DNA of 63,922 nucleotides, counting the filler, from Octopus bimaculoides (taxonomy: Eukaryota): the NCBI RefSeq assembly GCF_001194135.2. It is 7 parts of 7 records of this genome, joined end to end, with 100 filler letters (N's around TTAATTAATTAA, not from the genome) between each part and the next. Parts side by side here need not be neighbours in the genome. Positions count along the whole stretch, not along the records: positions 60,560 to 62,731 come from NW_026403976.1; positions 62,832 to 63,922 come from NW_026352728.1; 5 more parts are not named here. One strand, 5' to 3'. The notes below the pieces were generated by a model that had not been told where the DNA came from, made no database searches, and saw nothing but the letters and a program-made list of their open reading frames with translations. How positions within the stretch are numbered: the stretch's first letter is position 1; each line of letters begins with the position of its first letter. Both the position numbers and the translations under genes were made by a program. This document shows, piece by piece, positions 60,690 to 63,922 of the stretch.

Positions 60690-62731
60690 CTATGTATATG
60701 TACACGTAGATATATATATATACATATGCACATACGCACGGACATACGTAGATATATATATATATATATATATATGTAAGTAGGCACGCACGCCCCTACG
60801 TAGATATATATGTACGTACGTACATATATATCTACGTACNNNNNNNNNNNNNNNNNNNNNNNNNNNNNNNNTACATATATATCTACGTACGGGCGTGTGT
60901 ACGTACGTACATATATATCTACGTACAGGCGTGCGCGCGTACGTACGTACATATATATCTACGTACGGGCGTGTGTACGTACGTACATATATATCTACGT
61001 ACGGGCGTGCGCGCGTGCGTACGTACGTACGTATATATCTACGTACATGCGTGCGTGCGTACGTACGTACGTATATATCTACATACGGGCGTGCGGGCGT
61101 ACGTAGGTACGTATATATCTACGTACGGGCGTGCGCGCGTACGTACGTACGTATATATCTACGTACGGGGGATCGCACCTCTCGTACGTATATATCTAAA
61201 TACGGGCGTGCGTGCGTACGTACGTACATATATGTCTACGTACGGGCGGGCGTGCGTACGTACGTACATATATGTCTACGTACGGGCGTGCGTGTGTACG
61301 TACGTACCTATATGCCTACGTATGGGCCGAGCGGGCGTAGGTACGTACATATATGTCTACGTACGTGCGTGCGTACGTGCATATGTATATATATATATAT
61401 CTACGTCCGTACGTGCATATGTATATATTCATCTACGTACGTGCGTGTTTACGTGCTTATGTATATATATATATCTACGTACGGGCTCGCGTGCGTACGT
61501 ACGTATATATCTACGTAAGGGTGTGCGTGCGTACGTACGTACATATATATCTACGTACGGTGTCTGTACGTACATACATACATATATATATATATCCACG
61601 TACGTGCGTGCGTGCGTGCGTACGTACGTACATTTGTATATATATATCAACGCACGTGCGTGCGTGCGTGTTTACGTACGTACACATGTATATATATCTA
61701 CGTCCGTGCGTGCGTGCGTACGTACGTACATATGCATATATATATCAACGCACGTGCGTGCGTGCGTGTTTACGTACGTACACAGGCATATATATCTACG
61801 TACGTGCGTGCGTGCGTACGTACGTACATATGTATATATCTACGTACGTGCGAGTGTGCGTACGTACGTATGTATGTATATATATCTACGTACGTGCGTG
61901 CGTACTTACGTACGTACATACATACATATATATCTACGTACGTGTTGGCGTACGTCCGTACGTACGTATCCACGCGCGTGCGCGCGTACGCCCGTACATA
62001 CATATCCACGCACGTGCCCGCGTACTCCCGTACATACATATCCACGCACGTGCCCGCGTACGTCCGTACGTACGTATATACATACATATCCACGTATGTG
62101 CCCGCGTACGTACGTACGTACGTACATACATATCCACGTACGTGCCCGCGTACGTACGTATGTACGTACGTACATACATACATATCCACGTACGTGCCCG
62201 CGTACGTACGTACGTACGTACATACATACATATCCACGTACGTGACCGCGTACGTACGTACGTACATACGTATCCACGTACGTGCCTGCGTACGTACGTA
62301 CGTACATACATATCCACGTACGTGCCTGCGTACGTACGTACGTACATACATATCCACGTACGTGCCTGCGTACGTACGTACATACATACATATCCACGTA
62401 CGTGCCCGCGTACGTACGTACGTACGTACATACATACATATCCACGTACGTGCCCGCGTACGTACGTACGTACATACATATCCACGTACGTGCCTGCGTA
62501 CGTACGTACGTACATACGTATCCACGTACGTCCCTGCGTACGTACGTACGTACATACATATCCACGTACGTGCCTGCGTACGTACGTACGTACATACGTA
62601 TCCATGTACGTGCCTGCGTACGTACGTACGTACGTACATATCCACGTACGTGCCTGCGTACATCCGTACGTACGTACATATCCACGTACGTGCCTGCGTA
62701 CGTCCGTACGTACATACATACATACATACAT
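60690..62731. repeat. ~40-bp CpG-rich (TACG)-based minisatellite array, roughly 50 units
   Basis: Exact 40-bp period at 62281-62400 (cgtgcctgcgtacgtacgtacgtacatacatatccacgta). Units vary by +/-4 nt. Confidence 0.97.
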
Positions 62732-63459
62732 NNNNNNNNNNNNNNNNNNNNNNNNNNNNNNNNNNNNNNNNNNNNTTAATTAATTAANNNNNNNNNNNNN
62801 NNNNNNNNNNNNNNNNNNNNNNNNNNNNNNNATATATATATTTACACAAACACACACGCAGCCACTTATAAAACAAGTATTAATACAATTGACAATTAAA
62901 CAAATAGTGGGTGTGTACTAATTAATTACTATAATTATTAAAATTACGTATTAACCAACGAGAGTGTCCAAAATATTAAATAATCACAACTCTCCTGTAC
63001 TGGATAATCATAGATGAATGCATAATAATCAGTGAAACATACAATTAATGAATTAATCCTTATAATTTAACAAAGAAGATAAATACTACACTCGTAAATT
63101 AAGTACTGACATATGATATTCGAAAAGCATTTGAGAAATTTTATTAGAGGATAAGGACAAATCAGAATTCATCTCTTGGCAATCTGTTTGACGTTGGGTG
63201 GTTTCAGGTTTTGCCGCCAATCTAGAAAATAATGAATACTAAGCTACCAGAAGTTTAAAGAAGTTAAAAACGGTGCAGAAAGAACATCGCCAAAGAAAAA
63301 TACAATATAGTGCTTACATAGAACTTCTATTCTTTTTGAAAGTACTGGCTTGTTATTTGTGTTTCAGTGCAGATTCTAAGTAAAAAGATTATACAAACGT
63401 ACATTGAAACATACATAAAGCTCAAAGAAAAATTATACATACATACAAATACACGTATG

Positions 63460-63524
63460 TCTCTCCATCTCTCTCTCGCTCGTTCTCCCAATCTCTCTCT
63501 CTCTCTCTCTCTCGCTCGTTCTCC

Positions 63525-63560
<36 letters not shown>

Positions 63561-63563
63561 ATA

Positions 63564-63630
<67 letters not shown>
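63460..63630. repeat. (CT)n/(TA)n microsatellite with duplicated 16-nt interruption (36-bp period)
   Basis: cgctcgttctcccaat at 63477 and 63513. Confidence 0.85.
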
Positions 63631-63635
<5 letters not shown>

Positions 63636-63922
63636 TATATATCTATATATGTATATATACATATGCACAGATAAAGAGAGAAAGGTTGTGTGTAAGAGAA
63701 AGATAGGATGTTAGTGTTTATATATACACGTGTTTGTGTGTGTGTTTACATACATATATTTGTATATATATAAAATATATATACATATGTATACATACAT
63801 GCATATATATATATTATTATTAAATGCGTTCGGGCATACATACAACACAAACGCACATATCCGGGCGCATAGACGCACATATACGCATAAGTACATGCGT
63901 ACATATATATATATATATATGT

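Noticed and set aside
20309-62787. Six identical TTAATTAATTAA 12-mers
   Set aside because: Each is centred in a 100-nt N block. They are artificial scaffold linkers, not a biological motif.
60810-62787. Long ORFs (up to 476 aa, Y/V/R/T-rich) on both strands
   Set aside because: They are translations of the minisatellite, which lacks stop codons by composition.

Overview
A repeat-saturated eukaryotic window. The repeat families and microsatellite density suggest an octopus or other cephalopod (inference). No intact host gene, rRNA, true tRNA or CRISPR array can be supported. Six 100-nt spacers (N44-TTAATTAATTAA-N44) split the window into seven independently assembled segments, so contiguity across them is unproven. 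It contains decayed LINEs (RTE, R4/Dong-like RLE, L1/Tx1, CR1/L2-like), Penelope-like RT relics, three Tc1/mariner families, hAT/piggyBac/pogo-type MITEs and dozens of tRNA-derived SINEs. Main signals: (1) several hammerhead-ribozyme-like motifs in small microsatellite-associated elements, including one foldable minimal type I hammerhead (57050-57095) and a two-copy family sharing a non-canonical U at core position 6; (2) a hypothesised tRNA-head-(AAT)n-hammerhead chimeric SINE; (3) a nest of (AAT)n-associated elements at 13.7-16.4 kb; (4) a CpG-decayed segment (~42.3-56 kb) that looks like a methylated gene body; (5) a candidate first coding exon ATG GCT GAA|GTGAGT at 41964-41972 (-); (6) a ~2 kb CpG-dense 40-bp minisatellite with a polar variant gradient. 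All alignments and folds were done by eye.
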